DNA from: Opitutales bacterium
GTDB lineage: Bacteria; Verrucomicrobiota; Verrucomicrobiia; Opitutales; UBA953
NCBI GenBank assembly: GCA_040398005.1
Contig: JBBAUX010000003.1
Coordinates: 14,381 to 78,380 of the forward strand
DNA length: 64,000 nt
Reading direction: 5' to 3'
Made by a program: the position numbers and the translations under genes. The notes beneath the pieces are model-generated. The model searched no databases. It was not told the origin of the DNA and saw nothing but the letters and a program-made list of their open reading frames with translations. Each line of letters starts with the position of its first letter. Positions within the stretch are counted from its first letter, which is position 1. Positions 8,137-20,202 of the stretch are shown piece after piece.

Positions 8137-8879
8137 AGCACGATGAGAAACTCGCGATTTCCGTCCCCACCCTCAATTGGCGAGGGAATTACCCCTAAAA
8201 CTGAGCATAAATGGAGGGATTGGGCGGCTGACGTGAGGGATTCCACCACCCGGGCGTGAATCACAGGATCTTTAATAATTCCCCTACTTTTGTCCGCCTC
8301 CGCCCTGGTAGCTTCAAACTGAGGCTTTATCAAAGCAACCAAATGTCCACCTGGTCCCACCCTCTGCCAGGCCACTGGTAAAACTAAATTTAGGGAAATG
8401 AAGGACAGATCCATGACCACGATGCCATAAAATTCGTGGGGCAATTTCATCGTCGGTAATTCTCGGGCATTAAATTTTTCAAAATTAGTGACGCGCGAGT
8501 CGGTCCTTAATTTTTGGTGGAGTTGCGCCGTGCCGACGTCGACACACGTCATACTCACCGAACCACGCTGCAGCAAACAATCAGTGAAGCCACCCGTGGA
8601 TGCACCCACGTCGAGTCCGTGTAAACCGGTAACAACTATTTTAAAATGTTCGAGAGCTCCTTCCAACTTTTCTCCTCCGCGCGAAACAAATCGCGGCGGT
8701 TGATCAACGGTGAGTAGGGAGTCTTCGGGAAATGACTGAGATGATTTATTAACGACAGCGTCCGGACCCGAGCGAACTTTGCCGGCGAGAATAAGCGCCT
8801 GAGCGATGGAGCGTGATGGAGCTAGACCTAATTTAAGAAGTAACTCATCGGCCCTCATTCTTCCAGGCTTCGCGGCCAT
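8106..8879 (-). CDS. tlyA: TlyA family rRNA 2'-O-methyltransferase (S4 + FtsJ domains)
   Basis: [46 protein letters not shown]. Confidence 0.93.
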   Translation of the reverse strand: MAAKPGRMRADELLLKLGLAPSRSIAQALILAGKVRSGPDAVVNKSSQSFPEDSLLTVDQPPRFVSRGGEKLEGALEHFKIVVTGLHGLDVGASTGGFTDCLLQRGSVSMTCVDVGTAQLHQKLRTDSRVTNFEKFNARELPTMKLPHEFYGIVVMDLSFISLNLVLPVAWQRVGPGGHLVALIKPQFEATRAEADKSRGIIKDPVIHARVVESLTSAAQSLHLCSVLGVIPSPIEGGDGNREFLIVLQKRGQTTPA

Positions 8880-8883
8880 AAAA

Positions 8884-9651
8884 TCAGTCGAGAAAACCAG
8901 TTAAAGGAGAAGTGGGCTGAGCCGATACTGAGCCTGAACCGAGTCCAGCCTCGCGTGCTAAGCGACCCGCTTCCACGGCGAGACGAAACGCTTTGGCCAT
9001 CGCTACTGGATTACTTGCCGAAGCAATGCCGGTGTTTACCAAGACCGCATCCGCGCCCATTTCTAAAGCCTCGGCTGCGTGTGACGGAGCTCCCAGTCCT
9101 GCATCGATAATCACCGGTACGCGGGCTTGTTCGATGATGATACGAAGGAAATCACGGGAGAGTAATCCGCGGTTGGAACCAATCGGTGCACCCAGAGGCA
9201 TCACCGCGGCCGCGCCGACTTCCTCTAATCGTTTTGCTAAAACAGGATCGGCGTGAATGTAAGGTAAGACCGTGAAACCTTTTTTTACCAGCTGACGACA
9301 GGCCTCGAGTGTTTCCACCGGATCGGGCATTAAATATTTTGGGTCAGGATGAATTTCTAATTTTAACCATGCTGTACCTAAAGCTTCGCGAGTGAGTTCC
9401 GCAGCGAAGATTGCTTCAGCAGCAGTGCGTACACCCGAGGTATTGGGTAAAATTAAATGTTTTTTAGAATCTAGTGCCGAAAGGATCCCATCATCTTTCA
9501 CTCCAAACTGAACACGTTTGATGGCGACGGTGATGATTTCAGAGCCACAAGCGTCGAGCACCGAACGTAATTGCTCAGCCGATGCGTATTTACCCGTGCC
9601 CGTGAGTAGGCGCGAATTAAAGGTGCGGTCTGCTATGCGTAGTGAAGACAT
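8884..9651 (-). CDS. thiG: Thiazole synthase
   Basis: [44 protein letters not shown]. Confidence 0.96.
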   Translation of the reverse strand: MSSLRIADRTFNSRLLTGTGKYASAEQLRSVLDACGSEIITVAIKRVQFGVKDDGILSALDSKKHLILPNTSGVRTAAEAIFAAELTREALGTAWLKLEIHPDPKYLMPDPVETLEACRQLVKKGFTVLPYIHADPVLAKRLEEVGAAAVMPLGAPIGSNRGLLSRDFLRIIIEQARVPVIIDAGLGAPSHAAEALEMGADAVLVNTGIASASNPVAMAKAFRLAVEAGRLAREAGLGSGSVSAQPTSPLTGFLD

Positions 9652-9710
9652 CCGACCTCAAACAATCCAAGTCCTCGGCAAATTGTCCAGCCCCTCCCGA
9701 AAAAAGCTTA

Positions 9711-10322
9711 TCAAGTAAGGGCGGAAATGATTTCTCGGGTGGCCCGAATGGGATCTTCAGCCAGAGCAATCGCACCGCTCACGGCAATTCCATGAGCCCC
9801 CAGGAACTTTAAATTAGGCCAATCGAGTGCGTTTACTCCACCAATCGCATAACAAGGAACGACCGCTTTAGTTATTAAATCTTTTAAAGATTCGTCGGTA
9901 TGGACTGGGGCGAGATTTATTTTACTCGGTGTAAAACGAACGGGGCCCACTCCGGCGTAGTCGACGCGTGTAGATTTTAAAACGTCGAGATGGTTAAGAT
10001 AATTTAAGGTGACACCGATGATGGCATACTCGCCAAGAATTTTACGGGCGGCCGCGGGCGAGCAATCATGCGGGCCGAGGTGTACGCCATCGGCTTCCGC
10101 TTCATAAGCCACAATGGGCGAATCATTGATTATTAAAGTAGCACCAAAATCTTTACAAAGATGAGCGACCTCTTGAGCGGCTTGAATCCATTCCGACTCT
10201 GAAAGATTTTTGGCACGCAGCTGAATCCACTGCACTCCCCCTTCCAGTGCTAGTCGCGCCTGCTCGCGATGAGAGTGAGACGAGGCATCGAGTGTGAGAA
10301 ACTGGAGCCGGGGATAGACCAA
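9711..10322 (-). CDS. thiE: Thiamine phosphate synthase
   Basis: IQLRAK, LIIND, ADGVHLG, GP...T.SK, AIGG. Confidence 0.92.
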   Translation of the reverse strand: MVYPRLQFLTLDASSHSHREQARLALEGGVQWIQLRAKNLSESEWIQAAQEVAHLCKDFGATLIINDSPIVAYEAEADGVHLGPHDCSPAAARKILGEYAIIGVTLNYLNHLDVLKSTRVDYAGVGPVRFTPSKINLAPVHTDESLKDLITKAVVPCYAIGGVNALDWPNLKFLGAHGIAVSGAIALAEDPIRATREIISALT

Positions 10323-10323
10323 C

Positions 10324-11001
10324 TTAATATTTTCTTTTTAATTTACGGGCGGATTTTCCGTACCACGCATTTTCAATTTCAATAAAGGATTTAACTGGAT
10401 TAGAAGTTTCCCAAACCGAGCCAATAAAAGCGACCCCATCGAGGCCCATTTCGCGCACGCGGGCTGCGTTTTGCGGAGTGACTCCACCCAAGCCATAAAC
10501 CGGGCAACCGCCTTCGGATCTCCAGCGTTCAGCGATTACCTGAAACTCGCGGGTGGTACGTTGGGGTACATAATCACGTTTAGAAATCGAGGGAAAAATC
10601 GGACTAAGAAAAACGTAATTCAAGGCTTTCGGTAAGCTGCGCATTTCGTCGTAAGAGTGACATTTACAACTGAGCGAGGCCGACTTGGGCCAGCGTGCGG
10701 GAATGCGATCGCTGTGGTACATTTGGAATCCACCCAGTTGGTGCTTCAAAACGAGTTGATGATGTTCTTCTAAAACAATTCTTGGCCAATAAATCTTAGG
10801 GACTTTTTTGAGAAAATTTTCGTAGTCACCCACGTGCCACTCCCGGTTCGGCTGGACATGTAATTTACCCAACCCGGCGTCGAACAACTTGATGACAGTC
10901 TTCGTGTCCCATTCCGTCTTCGTCGGGGTGAATAAAATTAAATTACTCGGCGCGGCCGCTTCGGGCTCGGGTGCAAATAATCCTTTGATATATTTAAACA
11001 T
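10324..11001 (-). CDS. ThiE/TenI-like protein (divergent second paralog)
   Basis: CHSYDE, YVFLSPIFPSISK, VYGLGGV, GVAFIGSVW; lacks the QLR and ND motifs; lies between thiS and thiE. Confidence 0.8.
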   Translation of the reverse strand: MFKYIKGLFAPEPEAAAPSNLILFTPTKTEWDTKTVIKLFDAGLGKLHVQPNREWHVGDYENFLKKVPKIYWPRIVLEEHHQLVLKHQLGGFQMYHSDRIPARWPKSASLSCKCHSYDEMRSLPKALNYVFLSPIFPSISKRDYVPQRTTREFQVIAERWRSEGGCPVYGLGGVTPQNAARVREMGLDGVAFIGSVWETSNPVKSFIEIENAWYGKSARKLKRKY

Positions 11002-11004
11002 AAA

Positions 11005-11205
11005 TTATCCGCCTTGGGCGGCACGTATCATGAGCACGGACACATTTTCCGTTAAGGCATAGGTAGCCCAAGAACTTCGAGCAACGACTTGTCCACCAAT
11101 CGCAATCGCGATGGCGGATTGGTCATTAAGCCCAAGTTCCTTGACTAAATCAGCGAGTGTTTTGGCTGAGGTCTCTTGGGGCTTATCGTTGATAACCACT
11201 TTCAT
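11005..11205 (-). CDS. thiS: Sulfur carrier protein
   Basis: 66 aa ubiquitin-like protein, IND start, C-terminal QGG. Confidence 0.93.
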   Translation of the reverse strand: MKVVINDKPQETSAKTLADLVKELGLNDQSAIAIAIGGQVVARSSWATYALTENVSVLMIRAAQGG

Positions 11206-11291
11206 GATTTTTATCTGTGAAGGGTGAGTGACAAAGTGGCAAGCGGAGGTTTTTGCATTGCCGAAAAAGACGGCAGTCTTTGGCTGGTTTT

Positions 11292-11894
11292 ATGAAATCT
11301 ACGCTTTCAGCCATCCTCTTACTATTAAGTTTTAGCCCTTGTATTTCCCAAACTCTCAATTCTTCTAATTCCACACCTATGAAAGAAGCCACCAACCCCT
11401 CCACCCCTCAAGTCATCGTTCACACCACCTCCGGTGATATGACTTTTGAATTTTGGTCCGACGTCGCGCCTAAGACTGTCGCCAACTTCTTAAAACTCTC
11501 CCGTGAAGGATTTTATAACGGCACTGCTTTTCACCGTGTGCTCAAAGGTTTCATGATCCAAGGCGGTTGCCCTAAATCCAAACAAGGGGCCAGCGGGATG
11601 CCCGGCACCGGTGGACCTGGATATCAAATCAAGGCCGAGTTCAATAATCGCTCGCACCAAAAAGGCGTTCTCTCGATGGCAAGATCTCAAGACGTCGACA
11701 GCGCTGGTAGCCAGTTCTTTATCTGTCATGGTGATGCCTCCTTTTTAAATAATAAATATACCGCCTTTGGTAAGCTCATCAAAGGAGAGGACGTTTTAGA
11801 TAAAATTGCCGCTATTCCTTGCACGGGCCCCGAACGCTCCAGCCCCACCGAACGCGTAGAAATCACTAGCGTTGAGTTAATTGAGTCAAAATAA
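11292..11894 (+). CDS. Cyclophilin-type peptidyl-prolyl isomerase, probably exported
   Basis: APKTVANF, FHRV.KGFMIQGG, LSMAR, SAGSQFFI; signal-like N-terminus from ATG 11292. Confidence 0.93.
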   Translation: MKSTLSAILLLLSFSPCISQTLNSSNSTPMKEATNPSTPQVIVHTTSGDMTFEFWSDVAPKTVANFLKLSREGFYNGTAFHRVLKGFMIQGGCPKSKQGASGMPGTGGPGYQIKAEFNNRSHQKGVLSMARSQDVDSAGSQFFICHGDASFLNNKYTAFGKLIKGEDVLDKIAAIPCTGPERSSPTERVEITSVELIESK

Positions 11895-11966
11895 GCATTT
11901 TAAACAGAATTATATAAACCTTCCGCCTTTACAGAGTCCCCCACCTTAATAGTTTAAAACTTCCCC

Positions 11967-12548
11967 ATGAAATTATTACGTACCCTCGCCCTCCTTCCTT
12001 TGGCTGCTGCCGCTTCACAAGCTGCAACGATTGAATTCCAATTCGGAAAAAATAACCCAGTCGGAAGTAACTACGACTCTGGTATTAAATATAACTCTGG
12101 TACAATGGCCGGCATCACCGTCGCTGGAAACATCAGCCGTGATGTTGAACTAGGTTTAAACGTGAGCTACAAGCACCTCGCCACCGAGGCTGAGTCTACG
12201 TTCACCAGTTCGAACATCGGCGTGCTCAATGCCTCTTTAGATTTAACCTACAACCTTAACCCACGTGGCGGCATCAATCCCTTCGTTGGAATCGGCTTGG
12301 GTTATTCTTGGTTATCGAACCTTGATTACACCGATGACGGCATCAATCCCGTCACCCCTGTAACAACCAGCAAAGGCCTATTCACTGCTGCCGCTTTCGT
12401 GGGTTTACGTTTTGCGATCAATAACAAGGTCGATTTCACGCTCACCGCACGCAACACCTATTACATGGGTTTAAAGAACTATGATGGTACCGCGAAAAGT
12501 AATATCCAGAATTGGGAAGCGATTGCCGGTCTTCGTTACCGCTTCTAA
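11967..12548 (+). CDS. Small outer membrane beta-barrel protein
   Basis: Signal peptide, alternating beta pattern, PFVGIGLGY, C-terminal GLRYRF. Confidence 0.85.
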   Translation: MKLLRTLALLPLAAAASQAATIEFQFGKNNPVGSNYDSGIKYNSGTMAGITVAGNISRDVELGLNVSYKHLATEAESTFTSSNIGVLNASLDLTYNLNPRGGINPFVGIGLGYSWLSNLDYTDDGINPVTPVTTSKGLFTAAAFVGLRFAINNKVDFTLTARNTYYMGLKNYDGTAKSNIQNWEAIAGLRYRF

Positions 12549-12568
12549 TCTTATAAATTGCTCCGCCC

Positions 12569-12596
12569 AAAAAGCCGCTCATCGAGCGGCTTTTTT
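12569..12596. terminator. Bidirectional intrinsic terminator
   Basis: AAAAAGCCGCTC-ATC-GAGCGGCTTTTTT between convergent genes. Confidence 0.88.
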
Positions 12597-13458
12597 ATTG
12601 GGATAAAATCCCACGGTCCTTCATCCAAAGACCCATCAGGTGAGTCCACTCGCGCGAGGCCACACATCGATCGGTCGCGCCCCAGCCGTGTCCCCCGCCC
12701 GCCCAGACATGGACTTCCACCTTCGCTCCCATGGATTTAAGCAAAGCCCCCATCTTCTGCGAAGCTTCGGCTGGAAAAGGATCATCCGCACTGTGTGCGA
12801 AAAATACGGGAGCGAGTTTTTTCATTTCTATAGTTGGAACAACACCCTCCGGCCCCTCTCGCAAAACACTATTGGGCTCATCTTTAACAAATAAATAGGC
12901 AGGATAAATCAACGCGACGAAGTCAGGCCGCTCCGCATTAACTTCAGCGGATGCATAGGCGAGGCGCGCCGCTAAATTTCCTCCCGCAGAAAAACCGACG
13001 ACACCAATATTTTTAGCATCTCCGTTCCACTCTCCGGCTCTGACTCGAGCGATTTCTAAAGTTTTTCTTAAGTCTAATAAAGGTTGCACCCAAGGTGCGT
13101 TCTCGGAGCGACGAGGCACGCGGTAGCGCAACACCAGAGCCGTACATCCTAAATCATTCAATCTTTTCGCTACAGCGACGCCTTCATGTTGCTCGGCGAG
13201 TTTGTTATAGCCGCCCCCCGGACAGACAATCACAACGGGAGAATTAGGCTGAGCGGCTGGCCACGGTACAAAGGTGGGGCTGAATACATCGGAGCGACGT
13301 CCCTCAGCGCTGACCACTCCACGCGTATCGGCACCCGACTGAGGCGTCAACGTTTCCAGCGGAGCCGCCCCATCCCAAACTAATATTTCTTTTAGAGGTT
13401 CGGCCGAGCACCAGGAAAATAAAAAACCTAAACTGCATAAATTGAAAAACGATTTCAT
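12595..13458 (-). CDS. Exported alpha/beta hydrolase (carbohydrate esterase-like)
   Basis: CPGGGY, GFSAGG nucleophile elbow, Asp in HSADD, GGHGW; signal peptide. Confidence 0.88.
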   Translation of the reverse strand: MKSFFNLCSLGFLFSWCSAEPLKEILVWDGAAPLETLTPQSGADTRGVVSAEGRRSDVFSPTFVPWPAAQPNSPVVIVCPGGGYNKLAEQHEGVAVAKRLNDLGCTALVLRYRVPRRSENAPWVQPLLDLRKTLEIARVRAGEWNGDAKNIGVVGFSAGGNLAARLAYASAEVNAERPDFVALIYPAYLFVKDEPNSVLREGPEGVVPTIEMKKLAPVFFAHSADDPFPAEASQKMGALLKSMGAKVEVHVWAGGGHGWGATDRCVASREWTHLMGLWMKDRGILSQ

Positions 13459-13515
13459 GGTTCAGTATTAAATGTTAGATCTACCATATGACAGAGTCGG
13501 CAAAAAAACCAAAAG

Positions 13516-13546
13516 AAAAAGGCGCACCTGCGTGCGCCCTTTTTTT
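13516..13546. terminator. Intrinsic terminator after carB-fkpA
   Basis: AAAAAGGCGCAC-CTGC-GTGCGCCCTTTTTT. Confidence 0.8.
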
Positions 13547-13563
13547 ATCGAATTCTCGTGGAA

Positions 13564-14304
13564 TTATTTAAATTCTACTAATTCAACTTCGAACTCTAAA
13601 ACCGAATTTCCTGGGATAGGACCCTGACCTTGTTCGCCGTAAGCTAAATTAGCTGGAGCGTAGATAAGAATCTTGCCGCCCTTACCGATGAGCTGAACGC
13701 CTTCGGTCCATGCTGGAATCACTCCGTTTAAGGGGAACTCAGTCGGCTCATTACCACGAGTAGATGTAGAATCAAAAACGGTGCCGTCGACGAGTTTACC
13801 CGTGTACAAGCACTTCACTAAACTGGTTGCGGATGGCTTAGGATCCGTTCCCGGGGTGACGATTTTATAGCGAAGACCGGAGGCGGTTTTGGTGACTGAT
13901 TTATCGGCATCAATCTTGGCAAGGAATTCATCATTCTTACCAGCTAGGCGTTTGGACTTAGCTGCGATGCGTTCATTGAATAATTTTTCGGCACCAGGAA
14001 TAATTTCTTCGGCCTTGAAAGAAGGCTTCTCGCGCTTGAGTGCGGCGCGTATCCCATCCAAGAGCGAATTCAACTCGGATTCGTTGAGATCGAGTTCATT
14101 CACGACACCAGCCCACTCGGAGCGACTAGCGAGGATGAAGCCTTGCAAGAAGAAGGCTTGTTTTTGTTGTTCAGGGGTTAGTTCTTTCACGGCGATTTGG
14201 GTAGAAGGTGGAGTCACGCTCGCTTGCTCAGCTGTGGGCGCTGCGGGATCAGCATGAAGTGAAGCGACAGCAAAAGCCATCAAGGCGAGGGTGGGTAATT
14301 TCAT
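13564..14304 (-). CDS. FKBP-type peptidyl-prolyl isomerase (FkpA/Mip-like)
   Basis: TASGLRY, YTGKLVDGTVFDS, VIPAWTEG, LAYG, LEFEVEL; signal peptide. Confidence 0.93.
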   Translation of the reverse strand: MKLPTLALMAFAVASLHADPAAPTAEQASVTPPSTQIAVKELTPEQQKQAFFLQGFILASRSEWAGVVNELDLNESELNSLLDGIRAALKREKPSFKAEEIIPGAEKLFNERIAAKSKRLAGKNDEFLAKIDADKSVTKTASGLRYKIVTPGTDPKPSATSLVKCLYTGKLVDGTVFDSTSTRGNEPTEFPLNGVIPAWTEGVQLIGKGGKILIYAPANLAYGEQGQGPIPGNSVLEFEVELVEFK

Positions 14305-14326
14305 GGGTAAAAATTTTGTATCGTAA

Positions 14327-17569
<3,243 letters not shown>

Positions 17570-17676
17570 GTGTTCGGGCGGACTTTCATCTACTCGTCAA
17601 AGGGGGGTCAAGTGGGGACTTTAAACATTTTCGAGAAACTCTTGCACGGGGTGACCAAGACGACATCACTAGGGGT

Positions 17677-18039
17677 GTGGATATTATAAGAATCAGTGGA
17701 ATCAGGTCTTTCGGACACCATGGCGCCCTCCCCGAGGAAAAGCGTCTTGGCCAACGTTTTATGGTGTCGGTCGATCTCGAGGTCGACACTCGCCCCGCCG
17801 CCGCCACCGACGATTTAAAAAAGACGGTAAATTACGCGGATGTCATTCGAACGGTGGAAGCTCAACTCACCGGAAAGCCTGTCTATCTTATCGAAACCCT
17901 TGCTCAACAAATAGCCGCCCATTTACTAGGAACCTTTCCTGTCGTTAAAGCCGTGACGGTTGAAGTCACTAAACCGTTCGCGCCGGTAGCCGCCGATTTT
18001 GAGGCCATTTCGGTTAAAATCCGCCGCGAGCGCATCTAA
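17677..18039 (+). CDS. folB: Dihydroneopterin aldolase
   Basis: GHHGALPEEK..GQRF, DDL..TVNY, LIETLA, TKP.AP. Confidence 0.93.
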   Translation: MDIIRISGIRSFGHHGALPEEKRLGQRFMVSVDLEVDTRPAAATDDLKKTVNYADVIRTVEAQLTGKPVYLIETLAQQIAAHLLGTFPVVKAVTVEVTKPFAPVAADFEAISVKIRRERI

Positions 18040-18040
18040 A

Positions 18041-18571
18041 ATGGGCGAGCGCCAATTCCTCCTCGGATTGGGCAGTAACATTGGGAATCGGGCTGATTTT
18101 ATTGGCCAAGCTATTCAAAAAATCGGTCAAATTCCCGGCGTATGGTTATTAGCGATTTCCCAGGCGTTTGACTCAGATCCCGTTGGCTACACCGACCAAC
18201 AAAATTTCTTAAATCTCTGTATTGCAATAACTTACAAAGAAAATGCCGAATCTCTTCTTAGCGCAACCGCCAAGATTGAGTCAGATCTAGGACGGGTGCG
18301 TACTATTAAAGACGGACCGCGGACCATCGATATCGATCTCTTATTTTGTGAGCAGGAAGTTTTTCAATCAACGAATCTCACACTCCCCCACCCGCGTTGG
18401 AGCGAGCGAAGTTTTGTCGTTTTTCCACTAAGGCAAATGCTTCAATCACCTGCTCTCGTCAAAGAGAGTCGTTGGGATTGGCTAAGGGCGGAGGTTGCCC
18501 GAAATAATATCGGCAGCGAAGGCCTCCGTTTATGGAACGGCCCCACGCCCTGGAATTCGACGACGACCTAA
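18041..18571 (+). CDS. folK: 2-amino-4-hydroxy-6-hydroxymethyldihydropteridine diphosphokinase
   Basis: LGLGSNIG, FLN, GPRTIDIDLL, LPHPR...R.FV; ATG 2 nt after the folB stop. Confidence 0.94.
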   Translation: MGERQFLLGLGSNIGNRADFIGQAIQKIGQIPGVWLLAISQAFDSDPVGYTDQQNFLNLCIAITYKENAESLLSATAKIESDLGRVRTIKDGPRTIDIDLLFCEQEVFQSTNLTLPHPRWSERSFVVFPLRQMLQSPALVKESRWDWLRAEVARNNIGSEGLRLWNGPTPWNSTTT

Positions 18572-20151
18572 AACCATCACGGTTTGGACACTGCCCTGCC
18601 CTGTGGTTAGCTCTGCCCATTCTTCTGGGAGAAAGCTTAAATAGTTTTTATCCAATCCCGGTTTTTATATTAATCGTTTTAGGTTTATTTTTTCTCAGCT
18701 GGCTCTGGATAAAAATCCGGTGCGCCCGACAGAGTCAGATAGCACTAGTAGCCGTGGGCATTTTATTAGGGGCGGCCTGGCATCAGGTAAAACTTCCCCC
18801 GCAAAATTTTTTTGAGGTCGAAGAAAAATTAACTGAGCTCTCTATCGCGATTGAACACGCTAATACAAATCGCGCAGGCAATGGCTGGACGGGCCTAGGA
18901 ATCATTACAGATAAAGGTTCATTTTTCCGAAGGCGAGTCGCTCTATCCGTCAAAGGCGGCACTCCCGCCCAAGGATGCGAATTAAAAATGAGTGGATGGC
19001 TTTCGGCGATTGATGAAAACCCACAAGGTTATGATGCTTGGGTAAAATCGCAGGGGGCCACACTTAAGCTCGGTAACGGAAAAATTATTGGACTATTAGA
19101 AAGGCCAACGGAGTTTGCCGTGTGGTGTCAACGAACCCAAATAAAATTGGAACGTTGGTTAAGCACCTTACCATGGGAAGATGCAGACGGAGGCGCGCTT
19201 TTATCGGCAACACTTTTAGGACGCACCGCGCTTTTGCCGCCGGAAGCAAAAGTGGCATTCACGCAAACCGGCACACTGCATTTATTTGCGATTAGCGGAC
19301 TGCACATCGCAGGTATGGCAGCAGGCATGCTTTGGTTTGTTCGAAAATTACATCTCCCAGAAAAACCCTTGGGCGTGATTATCTTAAGTCTACTTTGGCT
19401 TTATGTGGAGGTGACGGGAGTATCGCCCTCGTCCACTCGAGCTTGGATCATGGCAACATTTATTTGGGTGGGACAAGTCAGCGAGCGATCCACTTCCACA
19501 CTGCAATCCTTGGCCTTAGCTTGTGCCTTTACGCTCATCCTGCAACCCGAGGCGATTAATGATCCAGGATTTCAGCTAAGTTACGTCGCCGTGGTGGCGA
19601 TTATTTTAGTCGGAGCTCCCGCTGCCCAAATACTGAATCAACCCACGACCGAAGAAAAATTAATTCCGACAAAAAGCCAAACCTGGTCGCAACGCGGAAG
19701 ATGGAAGCTGCGAAAGTTTTTGATTTCCGGCCTATGCATATCAACCGCCGCCACACTCGCAGGAATACCCTTAACACTTACCTACTTTCAAAATGCGAGT
19801 TACGGCGGAGTCGTCGTAAACCTAATGTTAGTTCCGCTTTCAGAAATTCCGCTCGTGTGTGGGATGATTTCATTATTTTTTTATCCGTGGGAAAATCTTC
19901 TGCCCATGGCTCAGTGGATCAATGGAGCTGGCGTTATCGTTTTAAACATCATGACAGCCATTGCCGAATTTTTCGCCAAAATTCCTGGACTCAATTTACA
20001 AGGCAGTTCCACCTGGCCGGCCAGTGGGCCCCTCTGTGCCTTAATTTTAATTGTATGTTTTCTGGTACAGGCAGAATCAAAAAGCGTCATTAAACTATTT
20101 GGTATTCCCGCCCTCATTGTGGGAAGCTGGATAATACTATTTGTTATTTAA
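18532..20151 (+). CDS. comEC: ComEC/Rec2 family competence membrane protein, without C-terminal metallo-beta-lactamase domain
   Basis: TGTLHLFAISGLH, SPS..RA.IM, PGFQLSY; many TM helices. Confidence 0.88.
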   Translation: MERPHALEFDDDLKPSRFGHCPALWLALPILLGESLNSFYPIPVFILIVLGLFFLSWLWIKIRCARQSQIALVAVGILLGAAWHQVKLPPQNFFEVEEKLTELSIAIEHANTNRAGNGWTGLGIITDKGSFFRRRVALSVKGGTPAQGCELKMSGWLSAIDENPQGYDAWVKSQGATLKLGNGKIIGLLERPTEFAVWCQRTQIKLERWLSTLPWEDADGGALLSATLLGRTALLPPEAKVAFTQTGTLHLFAISGLHIAGMAAGMLWFVRKLHLPEKPLGVIILSLLWLYVEVTGVSPSSTRAWIMATFIWVGQVSERSTSTLQSLALACAFTLILQPEAINDPGFQLSYVAVVAIILVGAPAAQILNQPTTEEKLIPTKSQTWSQRGRWKLRKFLISGLCISTAATLAGIPLTLTYFQNASYGGVVVNLMLVPLSEIPLVCGMISLFFYPWENLLPMAQWINGAGVIVLNIMTAIAEFFAKIPGLNLQGSSTWPASGPLCALILIVCFLVQAESKSVIKLFGIPALIVGSWIILFVI

Positions 20152-20202
20152 AATTAAATGCTCTGCACTTGCCAGTAATTCATAAGTAAAGAAAGTGATT
20201 TC

